Positions 9,439 to 19,688 of a DNA stretch of 64,000 nucleotides are shown in pieces. The first letter of the stretch is position 1. Each line of letters opens with the position of its first letter. Origin of the DNA: Candidatus Falkowbacteria bacterium GW2011_GWF2_43_32 (GTDB lineage: Bacteria > Patescibacteriota > Patescibacteriia > Patescibacteriales > UBA12465); assembly GCA_000999715.1 (NCBI GenBank), contig LCGL01000001.1, positions 387,139 through 451,138 on the forward strand. Reading direction: 5' to 3'. The notes beneath the pieces are model-generated. The model did not search any database. It saw only the letters and a program-made list of their open reading frames with translations, and had not been told where the DNA came from. A program made the translations under genes and the position numbers.

Positions 9439-10950
9439 CTATAGTTTAGGGCGATATTGCAAAGCTTCCGCGATATGGTCGGCGGAAATATTTTCTGCTT
9501 GATTCAGGTCGGCAATAGTTCGCGCCAATTTTAAGATTCGGAAATAAGAACGAGCCGACAAGGCCAGTTTTTCCGCGGCGGTAGACAAGAGGCGGTTTGA
9601 TTCGGTCGTTAAAGGACAAAAGGCTTTGATGGCGCCGCCGGTCATATCGGCATTGGTCAAGAAAGGGTGGCGACGAAAACGGTTTTGTTGTCGTCGGCGC
9701 GCCGATTCAATTCTTTTTTTTACTTGATTCGACGACTCATTCGGTTTTTGCCAATTTGATTCTTGCCAGTTGATTTGAGGCACCGCCACGTGTAAGTCAA
9801 TTCGATCAATGATTGGTCCGGATAGACGACGGCGATAATTGGCTATTTGTTTCGGAGTACAATGGCAATTTTTGGTCTGATCGCCGAAATAACCGCAAGG
9901 ACAAGGATTCATGGCCGCAATGAGCATAAATTTAGCGGGAAATTTCAAACAAGCCGCGGCTCGGGAAATATTGATTAAACCTTCTTCCAGCGGTTGACGT
10001 AAATTTTCCAAAGCGGTGCGAGAAAATTCGGGAAATTCATCCAAAAATAACACGCCGCGGTGTGCCAAAGAAATTTCTCCCGGGTGCGGCCAGGTTCCGC
10101 CGCCGATTAAAGCCGTTCCCGAAGCGTTGTGGTGCGGCGCGCGGAAAGGCCGGGCAAAAGCCAGGGAAAAGTTATTTTTCAATTTTCCGGCGGCGCTGTA
10201 AATTTTGGTTATTTCCAATTTTTCCGTTCGGGAAAGTGGCGGCAGGATGCCGGGCAAAGCTTTGGCCAATAAGGTTTTTCCGGCACCCGGCGGTCCGAAG
10301 AATAAGAGGTTGTGTCCGCCGGCCGCCGCGATTTCTAAAGCGCGTTTAGCTTTTTCTTGACCGTTGATATCCGCCAAATCCGTGAGATTTTGGAATTTTA
10401 CCCGTTGATCCGGAAATTCGCTTGCCGCCGGTATCAATATTTTATTCTGCAGATGATCAATCAGTTGTTTTAAAGTTCGGACCGGAAAAACCGTCAATTT
10501 TTTGCTTAACTTGGCTTCGCGGATATTGGCTGTCGGTACGAACAAGTTTTTCAGTCCGGCCTGTTCGGCAGCCATGGCCATGGACAGGAGGCCGTTGACC
10601 GGTCGAACTTCGCCGCTCAAAGAAAGTTCGCCGACAAACAGACTGAGAGCCGGATCGGCGGGTAGTTTATTTTTAAGCGCCAAAATACTGACGGCAATCG
10701 GCAGATCGTAAGCCGGTCCGTGTTTTTTTAAATCGGCCGGCGCCAAATTAACGGTAATTTTACGTTGCGGAAAAGGCCGACCGCAATTGCGCAGGGCGCT
10801 ACGGACCCGTTCTTTAGCCTCGGAAACGGCGGTATCCGGCAGGCCGACAATGGCAATTTGCCCAAAATCGCCGCCGCCGGCATCGGCCTCGACGGTAACG
10901 ATGGCCGCCTCCAAGCCGTTTAGGGCGGCGGTAAGAATTTTTGTGGACAT
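9439..10950 (-). CDS. comM: YifB/ComM Mg-chelatase-like AAA+ ATPase
   Basis: IVGLPD.AV.EAKERV, GPPGAGKT, GEISLAHRGVLFLDE, AAMNPCPCG, ARTIADL. Confidence 0.93.
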   Translation of the reverse strand: MSTKILTAALNGLEAAIVTVEADAGGGDFGQIAIVGLPDTAVSEAKERVRSALRNCGRPFPQRKITVNLAPADLKKHGPAYDLPIAVSILALKNKLPADPALSLFVGELSLSGEVRPVNGLLSMAMAAEQAGLKNLFVPTANIREAKLSKKLTVFPVRTLKQLIDHLQNKILIPAASEFPDQRVKFQNLTDLADINGQEKAKRALEIAAAGGHNLLFFGPPGAGKTLLAKALPGILPPLSRTEKLEITKIYSAAGKLKNNFSLAFARPFRAPHHNASGTALIGGGTWPHPGEISLAHRGVLFLDEFPEFSRTALENLRQPLEEGLINISRAAACLKFPAKFMLIAAMNPCPCGYFGDQTKNCHCTPKQIANYRRRLSGPIIDRIDLHVAVPQINWQESNWQKPNESSNQVKKRIESARRRQQNRFRRHPFLTNADMTGGAIKAFCPLTTESNRLLSTAAEKLALSARSYFRILKLARTIADLNQAENISADHIAEALQYRPKL

Positions 10951-11077
10951 ATTTTCGGGCGGGGTGAAATTTTTTTAAGCAAAATTTTTCATTACCAAAA
11001 AACCGCTTGTTTAACAAGCGGTTTTATTATAAAGGATGACCGGTAAATAAAATTTAAATTTTTTCTAAAGAAGTTCT

Positions 11078-13843
11078 TTATTTTTTCAGATCGTCCAGTT
11101 TGACGCTTAACAGTTTGCTGACTCCGTCCGATTCCATGGTGACGCCATAGAGGATGCTGGCTTGGCGCATGGAAGCGCGGTTATGAGTGATGACGATAAA
11201 TTGTGTTTTATGCGATAAGTCGTCCAAGATTTTGGCCAGACGTTCGGAATTGGCTTCGTCCAGAGCGGCATCCACTTCGTCCAAAACGACGAAGGGAGAA
11301 GGATTGGCGCTGATGATGGCGCAAATCAAGGCGATGGCCGTTAAAGCCCGTTCTCCGCCGGACAGCATCGCGACCGCTTGGATTTTTTTGCCGGGCGGCG
11401 TCGCCTGGACTTCGATTCCCGCCAAACCGACGGCATTATGTTTCCGCAGGAATTTTATTTTATCAAGCTTGGAATCGGCTTCGTCTTTTATTTTTTTCTC
11501 CGTATCTGTCAATCCTTCGGTTAAATCAATCGTTTCCGTGCCATTTTTGGCCGTTTGATTGTTTTTGGCTTCTTCTTTTTCCAAATCTTGAATCAAGACT
11601 TTGGAAATCTTGGCGGTGCCGCCGTTGAAGAGTATTTTAAAATAATCGTTGAATTTTTCGGAAATGATTTTGAATTCGGCGTCAAAACGATTTTTAATGT
11701 TGGTATCCAGTTCGGCAATAATTTCCTCCAGAGATCGGATGGCTTTATCAAGGTCTTGCGTTTGACCGCTGAGAAAATCATAGCGCTCTTTAGTTTCTTG
11801 ATATTCTTTTTCGGTTTCCGGATCCAGGCCGCCGATTTGTTCCAATTGACTTTTAAGTTCGTTGATTTTTTTATTGCTTCGCTCCGGATCGGCGACCGCT
11901 TTTTCGGTCGGTCGGTGAGCGGTTATTTCCGACAAGTTTAAATTGTCGTTGCGAATATTAAGTTCCAAATCTTCCGAACGCGTTTCTTGACGGGTCGCGT
12001 TTATTTTTATCTCGTTTAATTCGTTGTTGAGAGCGTCAAGTTCGGTTTGCAAATTTTGCAGATCGCGTTGGCAAGTAAAAATTTGGGTTTTTTCTTGATA
12101 TTCGGCGGCATTTAAAATTTCCAATTTTTCTTCTCGTTCTTTAATTTGATGGTTGAGAGCCGCGATTTTTTCCTCTATCTCTTTTTTTTCTCGGATAGTT
12201 TCGGCTCCGGTTGTCGGCCGAGCTTGTTTGGAAATTTTGTTTTTTACGTCCGCCAAATCTCCTTCAATTTCATTTTTCTTTTCCAGCCACAGTTGGCGAC
12301 GTTCTTGGTTTAAAGACGAGGAATGTCGATAATCGTTTAAAGCGGCGCTGATTTTCTGTTTTTCTTCGTTGTGGGCAATGATTTGTTCTTGAATTTCTTT
12401 GATTTCCCGCAGTTTGTCGGTGTCGCTGGCTTCCAAAAAGCCGCGAATTTTTTCTTCAAAATCTTGCCGGGCGGACTGTAAAGATTTTTTGACTGTCGTC
12501 AAATCTTCCGCCTCGCTGATTTCTTCCAAGCGTTTCAGGAAAGCGGTGATGATTTGATTGATTTCCGCGCGCGTTTGTTCCGGACGTTGGCCGGCCGGTA
12601 AAACGGTGCTGGCGGATTTTAAGCGATTATTGGCGATTTCCAGTTGACGATTTATTCGCGCCAAGTCATCGGCGAGTTCTTGTTCTTTTTGATGATCGCG
12701 GGTTTTATCCGATAGGGCCAATTCTTTAGTGATTTTTTCCAATTCCGCTTCCAAGTCCGCTTGTTTGGCGTTCAACCAAGACAGGTCAAATTGGCCTTGC
12801 GCTTCCAGACCGACCTCAACTTCCGCCTGGAGTTTTGCCAATTGTTTATGAAATTTATTTTTGACGCCGAATAATTCTTGCAGTTGCGCCTGCAGTTCGT
12901 TGATTTCCCGGTTATTGTCGGTGGCTTTGATTTTGCCGAGCTCTTCGTTCAAGCGGCCGATTTTTTTCGTCCGCTCAATTTTTATTTTTTCTTTCTCCAA
13001 ATAGCGGGCGTTGTAATCGTTTAGCTTATCGTTGATTTCTTGCCAAAGACGATGATAATAATCCAGCTGTTCGGCTTTGAGTTCGTTTTCCAGCTGACTG
13101 CGCTTGTTGAGTTTTTCCACTTGGCGAGTCAAGCTTTTTAAACGCGGCTTGATTTCCGCCAAGAGCATATCCACCTGTTGCAGATTCTCGTAGCTGTTTT
13201 CCAATTTGTTCAAAGCCGAATCGCGTTTGATTTGAAATTGTTTGACGCCGGTCGCTTCATCAAAAAAATCTTTGCGTTCCGCGGCCGTGGTGCTGAGAAA
13301 ATTTTCCACCATGCCTTGGCCGATAACGCTGTAGGTTTTTTGACCGAAATTGGCTTTGGCCAAAAACATTTGAGTATCGGCCAGACGAACGCGATTGCCG
13401 TTTAGCAAATATTCGCTGTCGCCGTTGCGATAGAGCCGGCGAGTAATGGAAATTTCCGGACAAGAGGCAAGCAATCGGTCCAAATCGTTTTCCGTTTCCG
13501 GAGAAACTCCCGATTCGCCTTCCTTGGTTTTTATTGAGGACGTTTTATCTTTGACGGCCGCAGTGTTATTCAAATATAAAGAAACCTCAGCCATTCCCAG
13601 CTGATGTTTTTGGTCGGAACCGGAGAAAATAACGTCTTCGCTTTTTTTGCCGCGCAGAGTTTTCAGACTCTGTTCACCCAAAGCCCAGCGAATAGAGTCG
13701 GCGACATTGGATTTGCCGGATCCGTTCGGACCGACGATGGCCGTCAGTCCTCGTTTATGATCGTTAAGCAATCCGGAGAAGATGAGCTTATTTTTATTGG
13801 CAAAAGATTTGAAACCCTGGATTTCCAATTTCTCTAAAAACAT
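11078..13843 (-). CDS. smc: SMC-family ATPase (short, 921 aa)
   Basis: GFKSF, GPNGSGKSN Walker A, LSGGE signature, VLDEVDAALD, ITHN. Confidence 0.88.
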   Translation of the reverse strand: MFLEKLEIQGFKSFANKNKLIFSGLLNDHKRGLTAIVGPNGSGKSNVADSIRWALGEQSLKTLRGKKSEDVIFSGSDQKHQLGMAEVSLYLNNTAAVKDKTSSIKTKEGESGVSPETENDLDRLLASCPEISITRRLYRNGDSEYLLNGNRVRLADTQMFLAKANFGQKTYSVIGQGMVENFLSTTAAERKDFFDEATGVKQFQIKRDSALNKLENSYENLQQVDMLLAEIKPRLKSLTRQVEKLNKRSQLENELKAEQLDYYHRLWQEINDKLNDYNARYLEKEKIKIERTKKIGRLNEELGKIKATDNNREINELQAQLQELFGVKNKFHKQLAKLQAEVEVGLEAQGQFDLSWLNAKQADLEAELEKITKELALSDKTRDHQKEQELADDLARINRQLEIANNRLKSASTVLPAGQRPEQTRAEINQIITAFLKRLEEISEAEDLTTVKKSLQSARQDFEEKIRGFLEASDTDKLREIKEIQEQIIAHNEEKQKISAALNDYRHSSSLNQERRQLWLEKKNEIEGDLADVKNKISKQARPTTGAETIREKKEIEEKIAALNHQIKEREEKLEILNAAEYQEKTQIFTCQRDLQNLQTELDALNNELNEIKINATRQETRSEDLELNIRNDNLNLSEITAHRPTEKAVADPERSNKKINELKSQLEQIGGLDPETEKEYQETKERYDFLSGQTQDLDKAIRSLEEIIAELDTNIKNRFDAEFKIISEKFNDYFKILFNGGTAKISKVLIQDLEKEEAKNNQTAKNGTETIDLTEGLTDTEKKIKDEADSKLDKIKFLRKHNAVGLAGIEVQATPPGKKIQAVAMLSGGERALTAIALICAIISANPSPFVVLDEVDAALDEANSERLAKILDDLSHKTQFIVITHNRASMRQASILYGVTMESDGVSKLLSVKLDDLKK

Positions 13844-13928
13844 AAATCAGTCCTTTTTTATTTAAGTTCTTTAGTATATAATTATAGTAGTATAATAAAC
13901 TTTTTTTACTAAAAAGACAACTAAATTT

Positions 13929-14498
13929 ATGATTATTTCTTTCAGCGGCGCGCCCGGCTCGGGAAAAAGCACTATCGCGCAAATGTTGGCCGATAAGTTG
14001 GCTTGGCCGCGGTATTATATCGGCGGTTTGCGTCGGGAGGCGGCTAAAAAACGCGGTTTGACCCTGGCAGAGTATAATCGGCTGGGAGAAAGCGATCCGG
14101 CTACCGACCGCGAAGCCGATGATTATGCCCAACAATTGGGTCGGGAAACAGACAATTTTGTGATTGAAGGAAGAACCTGTTGGCATTTTATCCCGCAATC
14201 TTTCAAAATATATTTGGATGTTGATCAAGAAGTCGGAGCAAAGCGCATTTTTGGCAGTTTACAGCGAAAAAATAACCGTAACGAGGCCGATAATTTGACC
14301 AGCTGGCAGGATGTTTTGGCTAATAATAAAGAGCGTATCGCCAGCGATGACCGGCGTTATCGCAAATATTATAAGATAGACGTTTATAATCGTAAGAATT
14401 ACGATTGTTATCTGGATACCACCGATTTGACACCGGAGCAAGTTTTTCAGTCAGTTTATGAAATTATCAACGCCAATCTTGACAATAAGAAAAATTGA
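13929..14498 (+). CDS. cmk: Cytidylate kinase, archaeal-type family
   Basis: ISFSGAPGSGKSTIA, FVIEGR, RRYRKYYKID, LDTTDL. Confidence 0.8.
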   Translation: MIISFSGAPGSGKSTIAQMLADKLAWPRYYIGGLRREAAKKRGLTLAEYNRLGESDPATDREADDYAQQLGRETDNFVIEGRTCWHFIPQSFKIYLDVDQEVGAKRIFGSLQRKNNRNEADNLTSWQDVLANNKERIASDDRRYRKYYKIDVYNRKNYDCYLDTTDLTPEQVFQSVYEIINANLDNKKN

Positions 14499-14585
14499 TT
14501 ATAATATTAGACAAGATTTGATTTAAATTAAACAAGCTTTCAAAACGAGATTCTGGCAATCTCGTTTAAAAAATTTTTAAAACAT

Positions 14586-14912
14586 ATGGTTGAGACTAAA
14601 TTAGAATTAAAACCCGGATTGACCGTCAGAGTTCACCAAAAAATCAAGGAATTGAATTCCAAAGGCGAAGAAAAGGAAAGAATTCAATATTTTGAAGGCA
14701 TTATTATTGCGCGTAAGCATAATAAAGAAATCGGCGCCACGATTACCGTGCGAAAAACTTCGGAAGGTATCGGCGTAGAAAAGATTTTCCCGCTTAATTT
14801 GCCGACGATCACTAAAATTGAAATCAAGAAGCAGGCTAAAGTGAAGCGAGCCAAACTTTATTATTTACGCGACGGTTATAAAAAGAAGCTAAAGGAAAAA
14901 GTGATAAAATAA
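14586..14912 (+). CDS. rplS: 50S ribosomal protein L19
   Basis: RIQYFEGIII, GVEKIFP, KVKRAKLYYLR. Confidence 0.97.
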   Translation: MVETKLELKPGLTVRVHQKIKELNSKGEEKERIQYFEGIIIARKHNKEIGATITVRKTSEGIGVEKIFPLNLPTITKIEIKKQAKVKRAKLYYLRDGYKKKLKEKVIK

Positions 14913-14958
14913 CGAAAGGCCGTCATTAACTGGCGGCTTTTTGTAGATGATGATATCG

Positions 14959-15042
14959 GGGCGAGTGGTGAAATTGGTATACACGCAAGCTTGAGGTGCT
15001 TGTAGCCGCAAGGCTGTGGAGGTTCAAGTCCTCTCTCGCCCA
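14959..15042 (+). tRNA. tRNA-Leu(GAG)
   Basis: gggcgag/ctcgccc acceptor stem, caagc-ttGAGgt-gcttg anticodon arm, long variable arm, ttcaagt T-loop. Confidence 0.95.
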
Positions 15043-15070
15043 CTCGTTTTACAACTATTTTTGTCATATC

Positions 15071-15144
15071 GGGCGCATAGCTCAGCTGGTTAGAGCACTT
15101 CGTTTACACCGAAGGGGTCCAGGGTTCGAATCCTTGTGCGCCCA
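15071..15144 (+). tRNA. tRNA-Val(TAC)
   Basis: gggcgca/tgcgccc acceptor stem, cttcg-ttTACac-cgaag, ttcgaat T-loop. Confidence 0.95.
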
Positions 15145-15149
15145 CCGGC

Positions 15150-15590
15150 ATGAAGAAAATAATTACGACAACCGAGAAGGAAACTTTCGCCTGGGGATTG
15201 AAGCTCGGCCGGCAGTGCCGCGGCGGGGAGGTTTTTGCGCTTTGTGGTGAGTTGGGTGCGGGCAAGACAAAATTAGCTCAAGGGATAGCCGCGGGATTGG
15301 GAGTCACCGGTCGGGTCAACAGCCCGACTTTTAATATTCTCAAGGTTTATAAGATTGATCAATCTAAAACGAAAAAAACGCCGGTGAGGACGTTTTGTCA
15401 TATTGACGCTTATCGTTTGCAATCCGAACGAGATTTGCAGGCGCTGGGCGTGGAAGAAATTTTTGTTTCGCCGGATACGGTTACGGCAATAGAATGGGGA
15501 GAAAAAGCGGTCGGCATTTTGCCGCTACGTACGCAAATTATCGGTTTAAAGTCCCTTGATCAAAAATGTCGGCAAGTGATTATTGTTTGA
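15150..15590 (+). CDS. tsaE: tRNA threonylcarbamoyladenosine biosynthesis ATPase TsaE
   Basis: LCGELGAGKT, VNSPTF, HIDAYRL, AIEWGE. Confidence 0.95.
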   Translation: MKKIITTTEKETFAWGLKLGRQCRGGEVFALCGELGAGKTKLAQGIAAGLGVTGRVNSPTFNILKVYKIDQSKTKKTPVRTFCHIDAYRLQSERDLQALGVEEIFVSPDTVTAIEWGEKAVGILPLRTQIIGLKSLDQKCRQVIIV

Positions 15591-16281
15591 GACTTATTTT
15601 TTTATAATTTTCTATCAGCGTTTCTACGGTTTGTTCGGAAAATTCCTCTATTTTTCGGTCAAAAGCATTTTTATCAAAATCTTGGTTCTCCGGACTGGGA
15701 TCGTATTTTGTTTGGTCGTTGTCGTCGATAAAAAATATCAAATCCGCTTTTGCCGAATCTTTTCCCGGGCGTTTGGTAAAATCAATAGTGGCCGAGGTCA
15801 GCTCTTGGCCGCTTTCTTTATCATATAGTTTGAAGAAACAATCTATTCCGTGAACAACATCCAAATGTGTGCCGCCGGTAGCCGTAAAAAATTTCAGGAG
15901 ATATTTATCTTGAAAACGATTTTTTATCTTGTTGTACAGCGCGCGACTAAAGAATTTGCTCGGTTTTTCGGGATTGCCAATCTGGCATTTTTCGACCAAC
16001 TCCATGGAATCTTTAAAATTAATATAGTTTTCTCGAGCAAACAAGGCGGATGTTTCCTGAAGTTCTTTTTGCGCTTTTTCTTTGGTTTTTAATATCCATT
16101 GGTATTTTTTTTCGGCATCCAGATGCTCCGGAGTTTCTTTTTGATGAATGAATTGATAGGCCAATTCTTTGTACTTATGATTGTTAACGCCGCCGATAAA
16201 CTCTTCTTCCAATCTGGAGCCGGTATTTTCATGAGCCGAACAACCTTTGGAAATTTTTTCAAACGTTTCCCATCGTGACAT
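15580..16281 (-). CDS. Hypothetical protein
   Basis: 233-aa ORF abutting lspA; LDVVHGIDCFF motif, family not recognised. Confidence 0.65.
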   Translation of the reverse strand: MSRWETFEKISKGCSAHENTGSRLEEEFIGGVNNHKYKELAYQFIHQKETPEHLDAEKKYQWILKTKEKAQKELQETSALFARENYINFKDSMELVEKCQIGNPEKPSKFFSRALYNKIKNRFQDKYLLKFFTATGGTHLDVVHGIDCFFKLYDKESGQELTSATIDFTKRPGKDSAKADLIFFIDDNDQTKYDPSPENQDFDKNAFDRKIEEFSEQTVETLIENYKKISLKQ

Positions 16282-16282
16282 A

Positions 16283-16750
16283 TTATTTGTGTTTTAGGTT
16301 TTTAATAATCAACACGCCCGCTCCGCCGGTTATCATTATATCCGCCAGATTAAAGACGGTAAAATATTTGAGCTCCCAATAGTCAATCACGTAACCATAA
16401 GTCAAACGATCAAAAATATTACTGAGAGCGCCCAATAAGATTAATGTCAGAAAAATGATGATCGTTTGTTCCGTTTTTTTGTTGATTAAATACAACACGC
16501 AGAAGCCTAGACAAAGAATGACGGAAATTACCAGGACGCTTAGGAGCGGTTCTTTCAGGGGTAGAGAAAAAGCCAAATTATAGTTCGCCGTAAAATTGAA
16601 AGAAAAAAAATCACCGATTAATTTGAGAGGCGGACGATCGGAGAAAATTAGAGCCAAAGACTTCAAATAGCGATCGCTTATAAAAAACATAGCCATTACC
16701 GACGCAATAGCTATGTTTTTTAGAGATATTTTCGCGGTTAATTTATTCAT
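16283..16750 (-). CDS. lspA: Lipoprotein signal peptidase II
   Basis: [26 protein letters not shown]. Confidence 0.93.
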   Translation of the reverse strand: MNKLTAKISLKNIAIASVMAMFFISDRYLKSLALIFSDRPPLKLIGDFFSFNFTANYNLAFSLPLKEPLLSVLVISVILCLGFCVLYLINKKTEQTIIIFLTLILLGALSNIFDRLTYGYVIDYWELKYFTVFNLADIMITGGAGVLIIKNLKHK

Positions 16751-17126
16751 TTTCTTGCAATTCCGTCTTACAGCTGATGCAGGAACTGGCGGTCGGACGC
16801 GCTAAAAGACGTTTTTTGGCAATGGGCTTGGCGCAATATTTACAAATTCCGTAATCGCCCTTTTTAATGCGATCTAAAGCTTTATTAATATCTTCCAGGC
16901 TTTTTTCCAACACTTTTTCCGTCATGATATCGGTAGAATAATCGCTGATTTCTTGAGCGTTTTCGTCCGGCTTATTGCCGTATTCCGGAAATTTGGCCGT
17001 TTTATTATCAGCTTCGTGATCGTCTTGACGCGATAAATCCTGCAGATCGTCCAAGATTTGTTTTTGTTGAGTTAAAAGTTGATTTTCAATTTCTTTGATG
17101 GTTTTGGGGTCTAAGGAATTGTCCAT
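16743..17126 (-). CDS. TraR/DksA C4 zinc-finger protein
   Basis: [18 protein letters not shown]...RLLARP.A..CISC. Confidence 0.88.
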   Translation of the reverse strand: MDNSLDPKTIKEIENQLLTQQKQILDDLQDLSRQDDHEADNKTAKFPEYGNKPDENAQEISDYSTDIMTEKVLEKSLEDINKALDRIKKGDYGICKYCAKPIAKKRLLARPTASSCISCKTELQENE

Positions 17127-17313
17127 ATTGATGTGAGAAAAGTGTTAGATATAGCGATTTTAATATTTAAATTATAGCGCAGGAGCCTATTTTTGGCAAG
17201 GTTTGCACATTTTTGCTTTTAGGGGCGTTCGGATGGGTATTAAATAAAAATTTCATGACCAGATTGGCGGATAATGAAAAAAGAACCCGGATAATTCGGG
17301 TTCTTTTTATCGG

Positions 17314-17387
17314 CGGAATGGACGGGGTTCGAACCCGCGACCTTCTGCGTGACAGGCAGACGCTCTAACCAGCTGAGCTACCACTCC
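17314..17387 (-). tRNA. tRNA-Asp(GTC)
   Basis: Reverse strand ggagtggtagctcagctggttagagcgtctgcctGTCacgcaga...ggttcgaaccccgtccattccg. Confidence 0.95.
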
Positions 17388-17471
17388 AATATTTGACCGT
17401 TGTTGAAATCGCATTGTAAAAAAATAGTAGCAAAGCGTTTCGGTTTTGTCAAAAGTTTTCCGGCTATTTTT

Positions 17472-17546
17472 TGGTGTCTCCAGGGGGAATCGAACCCTCA
17501 TCTTGAGATCCGGAATCTCACGTTCTATCCGTTGAACTATGGAGAC
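17472..17546 (-). tRNA. tRNA-Arg(CCG), CCA encoded
   Basis: gtctcca/tggagac acceptor stem, tgaga-ttCCGga-tctca, ends in acca. Confidence 0.92.
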
Positions 17547-17665
17547 CTTGTTAGTTTGTTTAGAACCCCTTTTATCATAGGATTCTTTATTGCGTGCTTC
17601 TTTGATTATTAAGCAAATGCGCCGAAAAATCAAGCGATGGCGCGAAGCCGTGAGTCGTAGATTTT

Positions 17666-18652
17666 TTAGTCGATGAATTTCAAATAAATAGTTTTATGGC
17701 CTAATTCATTTTTTAAGATTTCTTTCCATTCCGGCACGACTTCGGACAATCGGTTGATTTTATTTTTGTCCAAAAATAGCGGATCAACCAATCGGGATTT
17801 CAGATGGATTATTTTATCATAATTCTTCTGGCTATCCTTAAATTTTATTTTATTATCAATGCGAGTAAACAAACGGGACAATTCCGGATCGCTATCATGA
17901 AAGACGGCCAGTTTGTCCAAAACTTCCCGATCGGTCGTATATAAATCAGCTTTCTCCAGATAACCGCGCTCCAAAGCGTGGCGCAAATATTCGCCGACCG
18001 CTTGATGCATGGCGCCGGCATGAGGCGCGGTATAATAGTTAGTGTTTAGCAGTCGAAAAAGTTCGGCATATTTTTTGGCCGTTGCCAAGTTTTTAAAAAT
18101 CCAGAAATTATCTTTGACGATTAAATTATTTAAAATTTCTTGAAGGTTATCGGTCGAAATATCCTCATAAGCGATAGCCGTACGCAAAGAATAGTCTATT
18201 CGGTCGGCGCACAAATCCGGCAGAGGCTTTTCTTTCAAGGGGAAATTTTTATCATCTAAAATATAATCCGGATCTAAATCATATTTCTTAAGAATCGCCG
18301 GTAAATCGGAGTTCCGCACGAACTCCGCGAAAATATTATCCTGATGATTCTGTTCTTTGCCGTCGCCGCCTTCTAAAATGTAGTCGATACTATGTGAAAA
18401 AGCCGAGTGGGAAACGTCATGAATCAGCCCGGAAACTTGTTCGGCCAGTGGCGCGTCGTACTTTTTTAACAGCCAGTAAACGCCAATGGAATGTTCCAAG
18501 CGATTGATAATTTGATCCGTTCGCCAATAAGGTTTGGTGTGGCCGCCCTGATCCACGCCGGCCAAGCGGCGTAAAAACGGCGAAGCGAGTAGCTCCAAAA
18601 TAATCGGTTCCGTGATATTTATTTGCCCGTAAGCGCGATCGAAGATGAGCAT
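17666..18652 (-). CDS. HD-domain phosphohydrolase (dNTPase-like)
   Basis: RLEHSIGV, LIHDVSHSAFSH, CADRIDY. Confidence 0.85.
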   Translation of the reverse strand: MLIFDRAYGQINITEPIILELLASPFLRRLAGVDQGGHTKPYWRTDQIINRLEHSIGVYWLLKKYDAPLAEQVSGLIHDVSHSAFSHSIDYILEGGDGKEQNHQDNIFAEFVRNSDLPAILKKYDLDPDYILDDKNFPLKEKPLPDLCADRIDYSLRTAIAYEDISTDNLQEILNNLIVKDNFWIFKNLATAKKYAELFRLLNTNYYTAPHAGAMHQAVGEYLRHALERGYLEKADLYTTDREVLDKLAVFHDSDPELSRLFTRIDNKIKFKDSQKNYDKIIHLKSRLVDPLFLDKNKINRLSEVVPEWKEILKNELGHKTIYLKFID

Positions 18653-18658
18653 ATATGA

Positions 18659-19564
18659 TTAATTGTTTGTTTTGCGGCTATTATACACAAAGTCTTCGTT
18701 GATTTTCCAAACACCTTTTTCCCGAAAAGCCGGGATATTTTGACGTCGAGCGGCATTAAGCATAGCCGGCGCAGATAAGCTATGAATTTTTGTGTATTCA
18801 GACAAAGTAATAATTTTTTGATTTTTAAGATAAGTGATTCTTTTATGCAATGATTCGGTCAAAGCCAAAGAAATAACTTTTTCCATTGTTTTAGTGTTCT
18901 TTTTGTCCCGATAAACCTCAAACGCTTTGTAATATTCTTTTTTCTCTCGGTCACGGATGGTAACTACCGGAAAACCGAGCTGTTGAAGTTGAAAACAAAT
19001 AAGAATCCGGCCAATCCGGCCGTTGCCGTCGTTAAAGGGATGGATATTTTCAAAATCCAAATGAAATTTAGCTACTTTGTCCAAGAAATAATTTGACAGG
19101 TCGCCGGTATATTCAAGAATTATAGTTTTAATCATCAATTTAGCCTGTTCCGGAGCCGGAGCGACGTATGTCCCGACTCGAACATATTCGCCGGTATTCC
19201 TAAAACGGCCGGCGATTTCATCATCTATGCCACCGATCAACATCTGATGTAAAAGTAAAATTAATTCTTCGTTGATTTCCGTCTCTCGGCCTTTGTTTCG
19301 GATATAACCGATGACTCGGGCTAAATTTTTTGCCTCATAGGCTTCGCGCAGAGAAACGTCTCTGGAAATTTCCATGTCCAGAAGAATTTTCTCGGTTTCT
19401 TTGAGAGTCAGAGTGGAATTTTCAATGGCATTGGAGTTATAGACGCTTTCCGGAACTTCTGCTTCGTCAAGTATAGTCAAAAGCGACTCTCTGCCTTGGC
19501 GAAGAGTATCAAATTCGTTTTTCAGGGCGGTAAGCCGGGTTTTTATCGGTTTGGTTATGGCCAT
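18659..19564 (-). CDS. Fic family protein with C-terminal HTH-like tail
   Basis: SNAIENSTLT and HPFNDGNGRIGR; ATG at 19564 lies just after a TTGACA-17-TATAAT promoter. Confidence 0.9.
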   Translation of the reverse strand: MAITKPIKTRLTALKNEFDTLRQGRESLLTILDEAEVPESVYNSNAIENSTLTLKETEKILLDMEISRDVSLREAYEAKNLARVIGYIRNKGRETEINEELILLLHQMLIGGIDDEIAGRFRNTGEYVRVGTYVAPAPEQAKLMIKTIILEYTGDLSNYFLDKVAKFHLDFENIHPFNDGNGRIGRILICFQLQQLGFPVVTIRDREKKEYYKAFEVYRDKKNTKTMEKVISLALTESLHKRITYLKNQKIITLSEYTKIHSLSAPAMLNAARRQNIPAFREKGVWKINEDFVYNSRKTNN

Positions 19565-19577
19565 ATAATATATTGCA

Positions 19578-19618
19578 ATTATATACCATTCACTAAAAAA
19601 TGTCAATACTTAGTGAAT
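19578..19618 (-). promoter_or_regulatory. Sigma70 promoter of the fic gene with an inverted repeat flanking the -35 box
   Basis: ttgaca-17-tataat on the minus strand; attcactaa...ttagtgaat. Confidence 0.65.
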
Positions 19619-19688
19619 TTAACCTATTTTATAGCTATTTTCACTAAAAAATAGAGTTTTTATAAGCGATTTCTTTATTTAGTTTAGA

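Noticed and set aside
14876..15250. ORFs overlapping tRNA-Leu/Val (and 17307-17633 over tRNA-Asp/Arg)
   Set aside because: Incidental reading frames across tRNA genes
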